Source: Vulcanimicrobiota bacterium (GTDB lineage: Bacteria > Vulcanimicrobiota > Vulcanimicrobiia > Vulcanimicrobiales > Vulcanimicrobiaceae). From it: a DNA stretch of 64,000 nt. A program made the position numbers and the translations under genes. The stretch is taken from the NCBI GenBank assembly GCA_963812155.1, contig CAWETW010000002.1, forward strand, positions 432,681 to 496,680, read 5' to 3'. Within the stretch, counting starts at the first letter, position 1; each line of letters begins with the position of its first letter. This document shows positions 10,230-18,943 of the stretch, piece by piece. The notes below the pieces were generated by a model. It saw nothing but the letters and a program-made list of their open reading frames with translations. It was not told where the DNA came from and ran no database searches.

Positions 10230-11389
10230 TGCGCCGGCGTTGCAACCGCAGCGATGCGCTCGGCGACGCGCCGGGCCGCGCCGGACTCGCCGATGCGTGC
10301 TTTTCCGGCAGCCGCCATGCGCGCGCGACGCAACGGATCGTCGAGCAGCGCCGACACGCCGGCGGCCGCGCTTTCGCTCTCCGCCGGAAGCACCGTCATC
10401 GCGTCGCCGAGCAGGCCCGATTGGCGTTTGCGGTACCAGCCCGAATCGCGTCCCGGCGGTTCGAACGCAACGACGGGTACGCCGGCAGCCGCGGCCGCTT
10501 CGTTTGCGGTGCCCGCCTGTCCGAGCACGAGCGCCGCGCGACGCAACAGCGGGCCGATCGCACCGCGCCACGCGCGGGCACCGATGCGCCCTGCGGACGC
10601 AAGCGTGAAGGGAATCGCTTCGTCCGTCGTTGCGGCCACATCCCAGCCGCAGCGGCGGGCAATCGCTTCGAACTCGCCGGCGTCGAGTCCGCGTGCGACC
10701 GAGAGCACGGAGCCGGCGTCGGGCCGAGCGTGCGCGACGCGCCGCGCGACGTCCAACAGGAATGCCGCGCTGGCGTACGCGCCGGCGCGACTTCCCGGAA
10801 AGAGCACGATCGGCTGCTCGAAACCTTCGACCGCGGCGCCGGCTCGAGCGTCGTCGGGGGTGGCGAAGAGATCGGCGATGACGTTCGCCGGCGGTTCGAC
10901 GCGCAGGCCGTGTCGCTCGAGGCGCTGCGCCGTCGGCGCGTCGCGCACGAAACGTGCGACCGCGCGCCGCAGGAGCCGTTCTTCGAAGGCGCCGTAGGGC
11001 GCGACGTCGACGCTCTTCGCCGTGCCGACGAAGACCGCCGGCGTCCGCGCCTGCAGCGCCATCATTAAGGCGAACGCGTCGCCGACGGCAACGACCGCGG
11101 CGTACTCGCCGCGCACCGCGCGTAAGAAGCGCCGTTGCGCGAGCGTGAGCCCGAGCAGACCCGCCCGCACGTCGCGCACGATGTTGCGCACGTTTCCCAT
11201 GGCGATCAACCCGCCGCTGGGCATCGCCGCGCGCGGCCCGACGTCGCGCAACGATTCGGACGGAACGTCGCCGACGAGCGCCAGGTGATCGAGCCCCAGG
11301 TTCGGGCGCAGCGCCGCGAGCTCGACCGCGATCCGTTCGGCAATCGCCGCCTCGCCGTGCCCGTTACTGACGAACAAAACCGCGGTCAT
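10223..11389 (-). CDS. Lipid-A-disaccharide synthase-related glycosyltransferase (TIGR03492-like)
   Basis: SNGHGE, MPSGG, GTAKS, LFPGSR, AGTANE motifs. Confidence 0.8.
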   Translation of the reverse strand: MTAVLFVSNGHGEAAIAERIAVELAALRPNLGLDHLALVGDVPSESLRDVGPRAAMPSGGLIAMGNVRNIVRDVRAGLLGLTLAQRRFLRAVRGEYAAVVAVGDAFALMMALQARTPAVFVGTAKSVDVAPYGAFEERLLRRAVARFVRDAPTAQRLERHGLRVEPPANVIADLFATPDDARAGAAVEGFEQPIVLFPGSRAGAYASAAFLLDVARRVAHARPDAGSVLSVARGLDAGEFEAIARRCGWDVAATTDEAIPFTLASAGRIGARAWRGAIGPLLRRAALVLGQAGTANEAAAAAGVPVVAFEPPGRDSGWYRKRQSGLLGDAMTVLPAESESAAAGVSALLDDPLRRARMAAAGKARIGESGAARRVAERIAAVATPAQC

Positions 11390-12114
11390 GCCGCCGGCAG
11401 CAGCGGAACGAGCCCGAAGCCGGTCAGCGAGAAACGCGCGCGCGATGCGTCGTATGCGAGTTCGCTTCGCGACACGTAGCGTCCGTAAGGTCCGGCATGA
11501 ACGATCGGTACGTCGCCGGCATACTCCGGCTCGAAAAGCGTGTCGTGGCTGTGGCCGCCGAGGAGCAGATCGATCCGCGGGACGCGTTGCGCGAGCGTGC
11601 GGTCGAGACGCAAGCCGAGGTGCGAGAGCACGACCAGCACGTCGCCGCCGGGAATCGTGCGCGCGTACGGCTCGACCGCATCCCACGGGTCGAGAAATCG
11701 CCAGCCGAAAACGCGCTCCCAGGCGCTGCCGGCCGGATATTGCATGATCAGCAACCCGAGCACGTGGACGCGCACGCCTTCGCGCTCCATCGTAAGCGAA
11801 CGCGCGAAGGGCAACGCACGTCGTTTCGTGTCGACGAGATTCGTGCAGACCAGGGGATGGCGCATGCGTGCCGCCCGCGCGGCAAGCAACGGAAAGAAAT
11901 AGTGAAACTCACGGTTACCGATGGCCTGAGCGTCGTATCCGGCGGAATCGATTTCGCCGACGATCGGCTCGTTGCGGTGATAGACGGTTTGACTGCCGCG
12001 CAACGAATCGCCGCAATCGAAGAGTAGTCCCGGCTGCGTTTCGCGTAGCGCGCGCAGGGGCGCGACGATCCCGCGGTGGTCGTGAAGATCCGACGTGTGA
12101 TAGATGCGGATCAC
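11386..12114 (-). CDS. Calcineurin-like metallophosphoesterase (resembles 5'-nucleotidase N-terminal domain)
   Basis: HTSDLH, DCGD, GNREF, LSHLG, GGHSH motifs. Confidence 0.85.
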   Translation of the reverse strand: MIRIYHTSDLHDHRGIVAPLRALRETQPGLLFDCGDSLRGSQTVYHRNEPIVGEIDSAGYDAQAIGNREFHYFFPLLAARAARMRHPLVCTNLVDTKRRALPFARSLTMEREGVRVHVLGLLIMQYPAGSAWERVFGWRFLDPWDAVEPYARTIPGGDVLVVLSHLGLRLDRTLAQRVPRIDLLLGGHSHDTLFEPEYAGDVPIVHAGPYGRYVSRSELAYDASRARFSLTGFGLVPLLPAA

Positions 12115-13244
12115 GCGGGCGGCCCCGCGGCCGCTGCGTTCGACTGCGCCAGCGCCACCGCGAAACGCGCGCAACGCTCCAGCGCGTCGGGCGGTCCGAG
12201 CGCTCGCTGAAGTTCGTCGAACTGCCCGTACTGCCGTCCGGGATCGCGCAGCACCGCGTCCATGGCATCGGCGAGGCGTTCCGGCGTCGCTTCCTCTTGC
12301 AGCAGTTCCGGAACGACTTCGCGCTGCAGCACGAGATTCGGCAGCGTAATGAAACGGTGCTTGATCATCGTGCGCCCGTGCTTGACCAGCACCGGCGTTA
12401 TGATGTAGAACGCGACCGCGGGGACGCCGCACAGCAGCGTCTCGAGCACGGCGGTTCCGGAGGCAACCCACGCGGCATCGGCATCCGCGATCGCGTCGAT
12501 CGTTCCGCGCGCGATCTCGATGCCGGTGAGATCGTACCGGCAGATCGTTTGCTCGATGCGCGACGTCGCACGATCGCCGGCCGCACCGAACACGCCGCGA
12601 AGCTGCGGGCGGCGCCGTTTGAGCAGCGCAAACGCACGCGCGAGCGCCGGCAGATGGTAGCGCAACTCACCGCTGCGGCTGCCCGGCAGCATCGCCACGG
12701 TGCCGCCGCCGGCGGGAGGCGCTTGACGCGCGGCGCGCCGCCGGTAGCGTCCGGCGAGCGGATGTCCGAAATACACGACCGGCAAGTTGAGGCTTTCGTA
12801 GAACGACGCCTGATGCGCAAAAGCGGTCATCGGCACCGCCACGCCTGCGACGGCGCGCGCCTTCTTCGGATTATCGAGCCACGTTCCGGGTGGAAAGACG
12901 TCGAGCACCGGCCCCGTGTAACGCAGTCGCCGCAGCGTCATCGCCAGCCGCAAATTGAACACGCCGAAATCTACCAGCACGACAAGATCCGGCTTCGTCG
13001 CAACGAGATGAAAGGCCGTGCGCCACATAATGGCCAGCAGCTTCGGGATTCGCGGAATCGCCGCCAGCGGACCCATGCTCGCCCAACCCGTATGGTCGCG
13101 CCACAGCGTAAAACCCGCCTCCCGCATCGCTTGGGATCCGATGCCTTCGAATTGCGCGTCTAGGTCGACCTCGCGTATCGCTTGCGCGAGCAACAACGCG
13201 CTCGACTCTCCAGATGCCTCGCCGGTCGAAAAGAAATACCGCAC
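12111..13244 (-). CDS. lpxB: Lipid-A-disaccharide synthase
   Basis: GEASG, GHPL, LPGSRSGE, SGTAVLE, LPNL, PELLQ. Confidence 0.9.
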   Translation of the reverse strand: MRYFFSTGEASGESSALLLAQAIREVDLDAQFEGIGSQAMREAGFTLWRDHTGWASMGPLAAIPRIPKLLAIMWRTAFHLVATKPDLVVLVDFGVFNLRLAMTLRRLRYTGPVLDVFPPGTWLDNPKKARAVAGVAVPMTAFAHQASFYESLNLPVVYFGHPLAGRYRRRAARQAPPAGGGTVAMLPGSRSGELRYHLPALARAFALLKRRRPQLRGVFGAAGDRATSRIEQTICRYDLTGIEIARGTIDAIADADAAWVASGTAVLETLLCGVPAVAFYIITPVLVKHGRTMIKHRFITLPNLVLQREVVPELLQEEATPERLADAMDAVLRDPGRQYGQFDELQRALGPPDALERCARFAVALAQSNAAAAGPPA

Positions 13245-13301
13245 TGCAAAGGTCGCGCGGTTAAGCGCCGTGCCGGCGCTTAACGCGCGACCGTCGCAAC
13301 G

Positions 13302-14069
13302 TCACTTTAGTATGCCGCGTTGGGATTCGGCCTCGACGAAGGCGACGATCTCGCGGCCGGGATCGGTCGTGACTTCGGCTTTCATCGCGTCGAGCGCTTT
13401 GGAAACCGTGAGTTTCGGATCGTAGAGAATTTTGTAGCATTTTTTGATTTCGTTGCGCTCTTCGGGGGAGAAGGCGGCGCGGCGAAGGCCGACGCTGTTG
13501 AGACCGTAGGGGCGTGCCGGATTACCCTCGATGAGAAAAAACGGCGGCACGTCCTTCGTGAGTTTGGTCGCTCCGCCGACCATCGCGTATCGTCCGATAC
13601 GCGTGAATTGGTGGACGCCGGCTTGGCCGCCGATGGTTGCGTAGGCGCCGACGTCGACGTGTCCGGCCAACTGCGCGAGATTACTCATCGTCACGCCGTC
13701 GGCGATCGTGCAGTTGTGCGCGATGTGCACGTAGGCGAGCAGCAAACAGTCGTCGCCGACCGCGGTCACTTCGTCGTGACCCGTTGCGCGCTGGATGCTC
13801 ACGTACTCGCGCAGCACCGTCCGGTTTCCGACGCGAGTGAAGGCCCGTTCGCCGCTGTACTTGCGATCTTGCGAGGCGGCGCCGATCGTCGCAAACGGAT
13901 AAACGTGGCAATCCTCGCCGATGCACGTCCAACCGTTGACCACGACGTGCGACTGCAGCACCGTGCGGTCTCCGACGGTGACGTGTTCGCCGATGATGCA
14001 GTACGGCCCGATTTCTGCTCGCCTGGCGATATCCGCGCCGGGGTGAACGATTGCGGTCGGATGGATCAC
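13302..14069 (-). CDS. lpxA: UDP-GlcNAc O-acyltransferase
   Basis: IHPTAIV start, hexapeptide repeats, HIAHNC, LAGHV, GLNSVGLRR. Confidence 0.95.
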   Translation of the reverse strand: MIHPTAIVHPGADIARRAEIGPYCIIGEHVTVGDRTVLQSHVVVNGWTCIGEDCHVYPFATIGAASQDRKYSGERAFTRVGNRTVLREYVSIQRATGHDEVTAVGDDCLLLAYVHIAHNCTIADGVTMSNLAQLAGHVDVGAYATIGGQAGVHQFTRIGRYAMVGGATKLTKDVPPFFLIEGNPARPYGLNSVGLRRAAFSPEERNEIKKCYKILYDPKLTVSKALDAMKAEVTTDPGREIVAFVEAESQRGILK

Positions 14070-14539
14070 GAGTGCAGAACCGACGCATCGGCGCCGAACA
14101 TGCGCCGGTCGGAAACGATCGAGAAGCTGAGCACGGCAGAGCACGCGAGTTGTCCCTCGACCGTTGCCACGGTCGAGACCCAGCCGATGTTGCGCCGGTG
14201 ACGGATCATCGCCACCTCCATGTCGAGGCGATCGCCCGGTATGACGGGCCGCCGGAACTTCGCCTTATCGATGCCGGTCAGATACGGCGTCTTGCGCGAG
14301 AACTCGCCCGGTTCTAGGACGACGGCACCGCCGAGCTGCGCCATCGCTTCGAGCATGTACACGCCCGGCAATAGCGGATTTCCCGGAAAGTGGCCGTTGA
14401 AGACGGGCTCGTTGAACGTGATGTTCTTGAAACCGCGCGCGCGCACCATCGGCTCCAACTCGGTGATGCGATCGATCAGCAAAATTGGATATCGGTGCGG
14501 CAGCACTTCGAGAATTTGCCGGATGTCTAAGGCTCCCAC
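14066..14539 (-). CDS. fabZ: 3-hydroxyacyl-ACP dehydratase
   Basis: LPHRYPILLIDR, GHFPGNP.LPGV..LEAMAQ. Confidence 0.95.
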   Translation of the reverse strand: MGALDIRQILEVLPHRYPILLIDRITELEPMVRARGFKNITFNEPVFNGHFPGNPLLPGVYMLEAMAQLGGAVVLEPGEFSRKTPYLTGIDKAKFRRPVIPGDRLDMEVAMIRHRRNIGWVSTVATVEGQLACSAVLSFSIVSDRRMFGADASVLHS

Positions 14540-15429
14540 GCAATCTCCTTCGCGGCCTCGCGCAGCGCACGCGTGGCCCGTGCGTGCATTTCGTGGCCGC
14601 TCTTTACGGCGACGATCTCGAATTGCGGCCACGCTCCGAGCAGTGCGAAATCGCCGATGAGATCGAGCACCTTGTGACGCACGACTTCGTTAGACCAGCG
14701 CAGCGGCTGCATCGGTCCTTCGGGGGTAAACACCAGCGCGTTCTCGAGGCTCGCCCCTCGCGCGAGCCCGCGCGCGTGCAAGCCTTCGAGTTCGTGCAGG
14801 TAGCCAAAGGTGCGGGCGCCTGCGATCTCGCGCTCGTAGAGTTGCGCGTCGACCTCCGCGTCGAAATACTGCGTTCCTACCGGCGGCGCGAATTCGGCGA
14901 CGAATCGCACCCGGAACGCCGGTGCGGGAAGTGCGGCCACCAAACGGTCTCCCGCGCGCAGCACGTACGGCTGCGTCAAGGTCACGACGGTGCGCGGACG
15001 ATCCTGCATCGTCACGCCCGCGCGCTCGATGGCCTCGACAAAGTTCTGCGCGCTGCCGTCGCAGATCGGAATCTCGGGTCCCTCCACCGCAATCCGCGCA
15101 TTGCTCACGCCGCTCGCGAACAAAGCGGAGAGTAAATGTTCGGTTGTGGAAACCGAGGCGCCGTCGAGTCCGACGACGGTCGCGCGCGACGTGTCCACGA
15201 CATTCTCCGCAACGGCCGGTACGCTGACCGTGACGCCGGGATCGCGCGGCGAACGCAACAGAAAGACGATGCCGCTGCCGGGTTCGGCAGGCTGGACGTC
15301 GACGGTTGCGCGTTCGCCCGTGTGAAGCCCGACGCCCTCGAAGCGCATCGGCGCCGCCAGCGTCGCCTGCTTGCGCTCGCTACGATCGTTCGGGTTCGAT
15401 TGCGCGCTCCAGTGCGTCGACACGAGCAA
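14527..15429 (-). CDS. lpxC: UDP-3-O-acyl-GlcNAc deacetylase
   Basis: GVGLHTG, TTEHLLSAL, EIPICDGSA, ARTFG, HKVLDLIGD. Confidence 0.95.
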   Translation of the reverse strand: MLVSTHWSAQSNPNDRSERKQATLAAPMRFEGVGLHTGERATVDVQPAEPGSGIVFLLRSPRDPGVTVSVPAVAENVVDTSRATVVGLDGASVSTTEHLLSALFASGVSNARIAVEGPEIPICDGSAQNFVEAIERAGVTMQDRPRTVVTLTQPYVLRAGDRLVAALPAPAFRVRFVAEFAPPVGTQYFDAEVDAQLYEREIAGARTFGYLHELEGLHARGLARGASLENALVFTPEGPMQPLRWSNEVVRHKVLDLIGDFALLGAWPQFEIVAVKSGHEMHARATRALREAAKEIAWEP

Positions 15430-16405
15430 CGAGCTTTGGCAGCTTGCGAATCATGACCTCTCGCCGCAGCTCGTCGCGGTGTTCGCGCGCCGGATTCCCC
15501 GAAACCGTCGTGCCTTCGGCGACGTCGCCCCACACGCCGGATTGACCGGCGACGGTCGCACGAGAACCGATCGTCATGTGTCCGCGCGTGCCGACTTGAC
15601 CCGCAATTTTTACGTAGTCGCCGATGACGGTCGATCCCGCCAGCCCGGTGAGCGACGCCAGCGCGCAATGCTTACCAATCCGGCAGTTGTGCCCGATTTG
15701 CACGAGGTTGTCGATTTTCGTTCCCGTACCGATATGCGTGCTGCCGGTTTGCGCGCGATCGACGCACGAGTTCGCACCGATTTCCACGTCGTCGTCGAGC
15801 ACCACGTTGCCGACCTGCGGGATCCGTTCGAGACGGCCCTCGACGAACGCCCAGCCGAAGCCTTCGCTTCCCACCACGCTGCAGGGGTGCAGCACGACGC
15901 GGTTGCCGATGCGGCAGCGATCCATGACGCACGCGTGCCCGTGCAGCCACGCCGATTCGCCGATCGAAACGTCGTCGCCGACGTACGCGCCCGGCCCGAT
16001 GATGCTGCCCGCACCGACGGCCGTTCGCCGGCCGACGTACGCACCGGCACCAATGTAGACGGCCTCGCCGACGCGCGCGTCCGCCTCGACCACCGCGGTC
16101 GCGTGCACGAACGGTCCTTGCGGACGCGGCGGCCGCAACGCTTCGAGCAGCCGCGCGAGCGCGAGCCGCGCGTTTTCGACGACGAGCAACGGCTTTTCCG
16201 ACTTCGGTAGAGATACCGACGCATCCACGAGCACCGCCGCCGCACGGCTTCGCAATGCGGTGGCGAGATAGCGCTGGTCGGTCGCGAACGTCAGCGTTTC
16301 GGAATCGGCGTCATCGATGCCCGCAATGCGCGCGATCGGAAGCGCGCCGTCGCCTATCACGCTGCCGCCGACTCGCCCGGCCAGTTCGTTGAGCGTTCCT
16401 AACAT
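15380..16405 (-). CDS. lpxD: UDP-3-O-acylglucosamine N-acyltransferase
   Basis: Hexapeptide repeats, GSEGFG, IPQVG, KIDNLVQIGHN. Confidence 0.95.
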   Translation of the reverse strand: MLGTLNELAGRVGGSVIGDGALPIARIAGIDDADSETLTFATDQRYLATALRSRAAAVLVDASVSLPKSEKPLLVVENARLALARLLEALRPPRPQGPFVHATAVVEADARVGEAVYIGAGAYVGRRTAVGAGSIIGPGAYVGDDVSIGESAWLHGHACVMDRCRIGNRVVLHPCSVVGSEGFGWAFVEGRLERIPQVGNVVLDDDVEIGANSCVDRAQTGSTHIGTGTKIDNLVQIGHNCRIGKHCALASLTGLAGSTVIGDYVKIAGQVGTRGHMTIGSRATVAGQSGVWGDVAEGTTVSGNPAREHRDELRREVMIRKLPKLVARVDALERAIEPERS

Positions 16406-16422
16406 TGCGACGTATGCAGCGT

Positions 16423-16839
16423 TTAGCCGGCCGGCTTCGGCGTCGCTTTTTCGGTGATGTTCAGCGATTTTTCGACGTCGCCGGTGATGTCGACTCCGCC
16501 GTAGCCGATGCCTTCGCGCGTGACCACGAGCTGCAACTTTCTCTGCTGGGCGATCTTGGAGGACGCGTCGCGAATTTGCTGCGTGAGCTGTTCGGTTATT
16601 TTCGCGTACTTTTGCTGCATGGCAAGCGTGGCGCGTAGTTTTTGCCCGCGATTGCCGCGGCCGCCCGCGATCGTCCGCTCGTCGGCAAGCAGCTGGTTCT
16701 GGTAGTTTTGGTATTCCGGCCAATTGGCGACGATGCGCTGCACGTCGACCAGTCCGATCGGACTGGACGCTCCGCAGCCGGTCAGCGAAAGGGACGCGCC
16801 GAGCGCGGCCAGCGTAAGTACGAATATCTGATGTTTCAC
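16423..16839 (-). CDS. OmpH/Skp-like chaperone, short, probable lipoprotein
   Basis: LTGC lipobox, IGLVDVQRI, YGGVDIT. Confidence 0.75.
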   Translation of the reverse strand: MKHQIFVLTLAALGASLSLTGCGASSPIGLVDVQRIVANWPEYQNYQNQLLADERTIAGGRGNRGQKLRATLAMQQKYAKITEQLTQQIRDASSKIAQQRKLQLVVTREGIGYGGVDITGDVEKSLNITEKATPKPAG

Positions 16840-18134
16840 TCGTGTAAGCTTTCGACGTCCTTGACGAGATCGTTGGTGAGGTCGTAACCGCCGGCGGCCG
16901 CCGCAACGCGATCGAGCACGATACTGAATCCGCGCTCTTTCGCGATGCGCGCCGCTTCGCGCATTACTTGGTCGACGATCTGCTTGTAGAGGGCATCTCG
17001 CCGCCGTTGTAAGGCTTCGAGTTCTTTGGCCGCAGCTCCGGTCGCTCCCACGTCGGCGCCGTGAAGGGCCGCGAACTGGCGGTCCAAATCGGCCTTCGTC
17101 GCCTGATAATCCGCAACCGTCTTGCGGGCATCGGTCTGAAATTGCATGGTGAACTGGCGATGGATGCCGGCCAGCTTGTCCCGTACGCCCGGCGGCAAGT
17201 TGGGTGGAAGCGCTGGCGGCCCTAAGCTGCGCAGTTGGGCGCCCACCTCGTTCCGGCGCTCGAGCAGCTTGGCTTGCGTCTGGCCCGCAATCGCGCCGGC
17301 CTGCGTCCGTACGGCCGCGCCGGTTTGGGCGCTCAGCTGCGCGCGGTAGGCGCTCAAGGTCGCGGCGTCGGCCCGGCGCGCGGCGTCGAGCTGCGAACTC
17401 TCCTTGGAGTTGATCGACTCGAGCTGGCCCTGTAACTGCTTACGCGTGGCTTCGTCGAGCGCGAGATTTGAAAGCCGGGTCTTAATCGCCAGACGCTGCG
17501 CCGCGTCGGCTTGTGACAGTCTCAGCGAGAGATCCGTCTCGTTCTGTTGCAGCTGCGCCGCTTTGGCCGAATATTTTTGCGATGCCTGCTGCTGCAGTTG
17601 GCGGGCAATCGCGGACGTCGCGGCGTTGTTCTGCGCGACGACGCTCTGCTGGTAGGCCATGAAGTCTTGGTTTGCGGCGGCGGCGGCCTGGCGCGCTTGC
17701 TGCGCCGACGTCGCACTCATCTGCCCGGCCGCGTACGCGCCGCCTTTGATGCCGGCGGCGCTCAACGCCGCAGCGACTGCTTGGCGTTCCCGGCCGGCGT
17801 ACTGCTGCTGCTGTTGCGCGAGAATCGCGTTGGCCCGGTTCTGCGCGTCGTGCAGCTGGCGGTTGAGATCGGTGGTCTGCCGGGCGATCTGCGACGCGTT
17901 GAGCGGCACGCGCGGCGCGGCCGCCGCGAGGTTGATTGCGGCGATGCCGTCGTCGAGTTGCGTGAGCTGCGGGTAGAGCGGGTGGTGCTTGACGACTTCG
18001 TCGAGCCGGATGTAGCCGGTGCCGCGAATGGAAGTTGAATGAACGTTTACGCAGCCGCCGAGAAAAAGGGTCGCGAACGCCAGTGCGAGCGCAGCATAGC
18101 GGCGGCTCTTACTTGCCGAGCGCATTTTGGACAT
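16836..18134 (-). CDS. OmpH/Skp-like lipoprotein with long coiled-coil insertion
   Basis: LGGC lipobox; GYIRLDEVV N-terminus and IAKERGFSIVL..GGYDLT C-terminus around an Ala/Gln-rich coiled coil. Confidence 0.6.
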   Translation of the reverse strand: MSKMRSASKSRRYAALALAFATLFLGGCVNVHSTSIRGTGYIRLDEVVKHHPLYPQLTQLDDGIAAINLAAAAPRVPLNASQIARQTTDLNRQLHDAQNRANAILAQQQQQYAGRERQAVAAALSAAGIKGGAYAAGQMSATSAQQARQAAAAANQDFMAYQQSVVAQNNAATSAIARQLQQQASQKYSAKAAQLQQNETDLSLRLSQADAAQRLAIKTRLSNLALDEATRKQLQGQLESINSKESSQLDAARRADAATLSAYRAQLSAQTGAAVRTQAGAIAGQTQAKLLERRNEVGAQLRSLGPPALPPNLPPGVRDKLAGIHRQFTMQFQTDARKTVADYQATKADLDRQFAALHGADVGATGAAAKELEALQRRRDALYKQIVDQVMREAARIAKERGFSIVLDRVAAAAGGYDLTNDLVKDVESLHE

Positions 18135-18916
18135 CCGCCGTGATGTCCGTTCCTCCGTAGATCACGTCGGCGCGGTCGACGACGAGCAGCAGTTTTTTGC
18201 TTGCGGCGACGTCGGCGGTCGCGCGTTTCGTCTGATCGACGAACGGCTTGAGGAGCTGATCCTGTTTGTCGGAGACGGTCTTGTTAAACTGCTGGTAGAG
18301 TTGCTGCTTGTCGGTATTGTTTTTCGCCTGCGCGACCTTCGGCGCGAAGAGCGCCCGCTGAGTGTTTGCGAACTGGTTCATCTCGTCGTTGGCCGTCTTG
18401 ACTTTCGGCACGTTGTCGAGCACGTTCTGGTCGACGAAGCCGATCTCCGAGGGCGGCGGGCTGGCGGCCGGCGGCTGAATCGCCTGCGAACTCATGAAGA
18501 GCGTCTCGACGTCTTTGGTGACGTCTTGGCCGCCGTAGACGACGATCCGCTTGTCGACGACCACCGTCAGGTTGTGCGCGCCTGCGACTTGCGCGATGGC
18601 GAGTTGCGCGCGCTGAAAGAGCGGCCCCACGATCTCGCGCTGCTTGTCGGTGTACTGCTGCTGGAACTGCATCGAGATGCGCTGCTTGTCGGCGTCGCTG
18701 TTCGCGCCGCTTCACCGACGAGTTGAACTGTGCGTCGAGCTGCGCCTTGTATGCCGCCAGCGTGCGATTGGCGTTGGCGAAAACCGGCATGTTTCCAAGT
18801 TCGGCTTGATCGACGAATCCGACGTCGGTGAGATCCGCCGCAATCGCGGCGGGTGCGAGCGACGCCGCCAACGTGAGCGCGAGGGTCGCAAGCGATGGAA
18901 TCGATCGAACGTTCAT
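18109..18916 (-). CDS. OmpH/Skp chaperone with two tandem domains (apparent frameshift near 18709)
   Basis: VGFVDQ...YGGQDVT and IGFVDQ...YGGTDIT repeats split over ORFs 18284-18916 and 18109-18672. Confidence 0.8.
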
Positions 18917-18943
18917 ACTTTGCCCCTTAGTGTCGCGTTTTCA

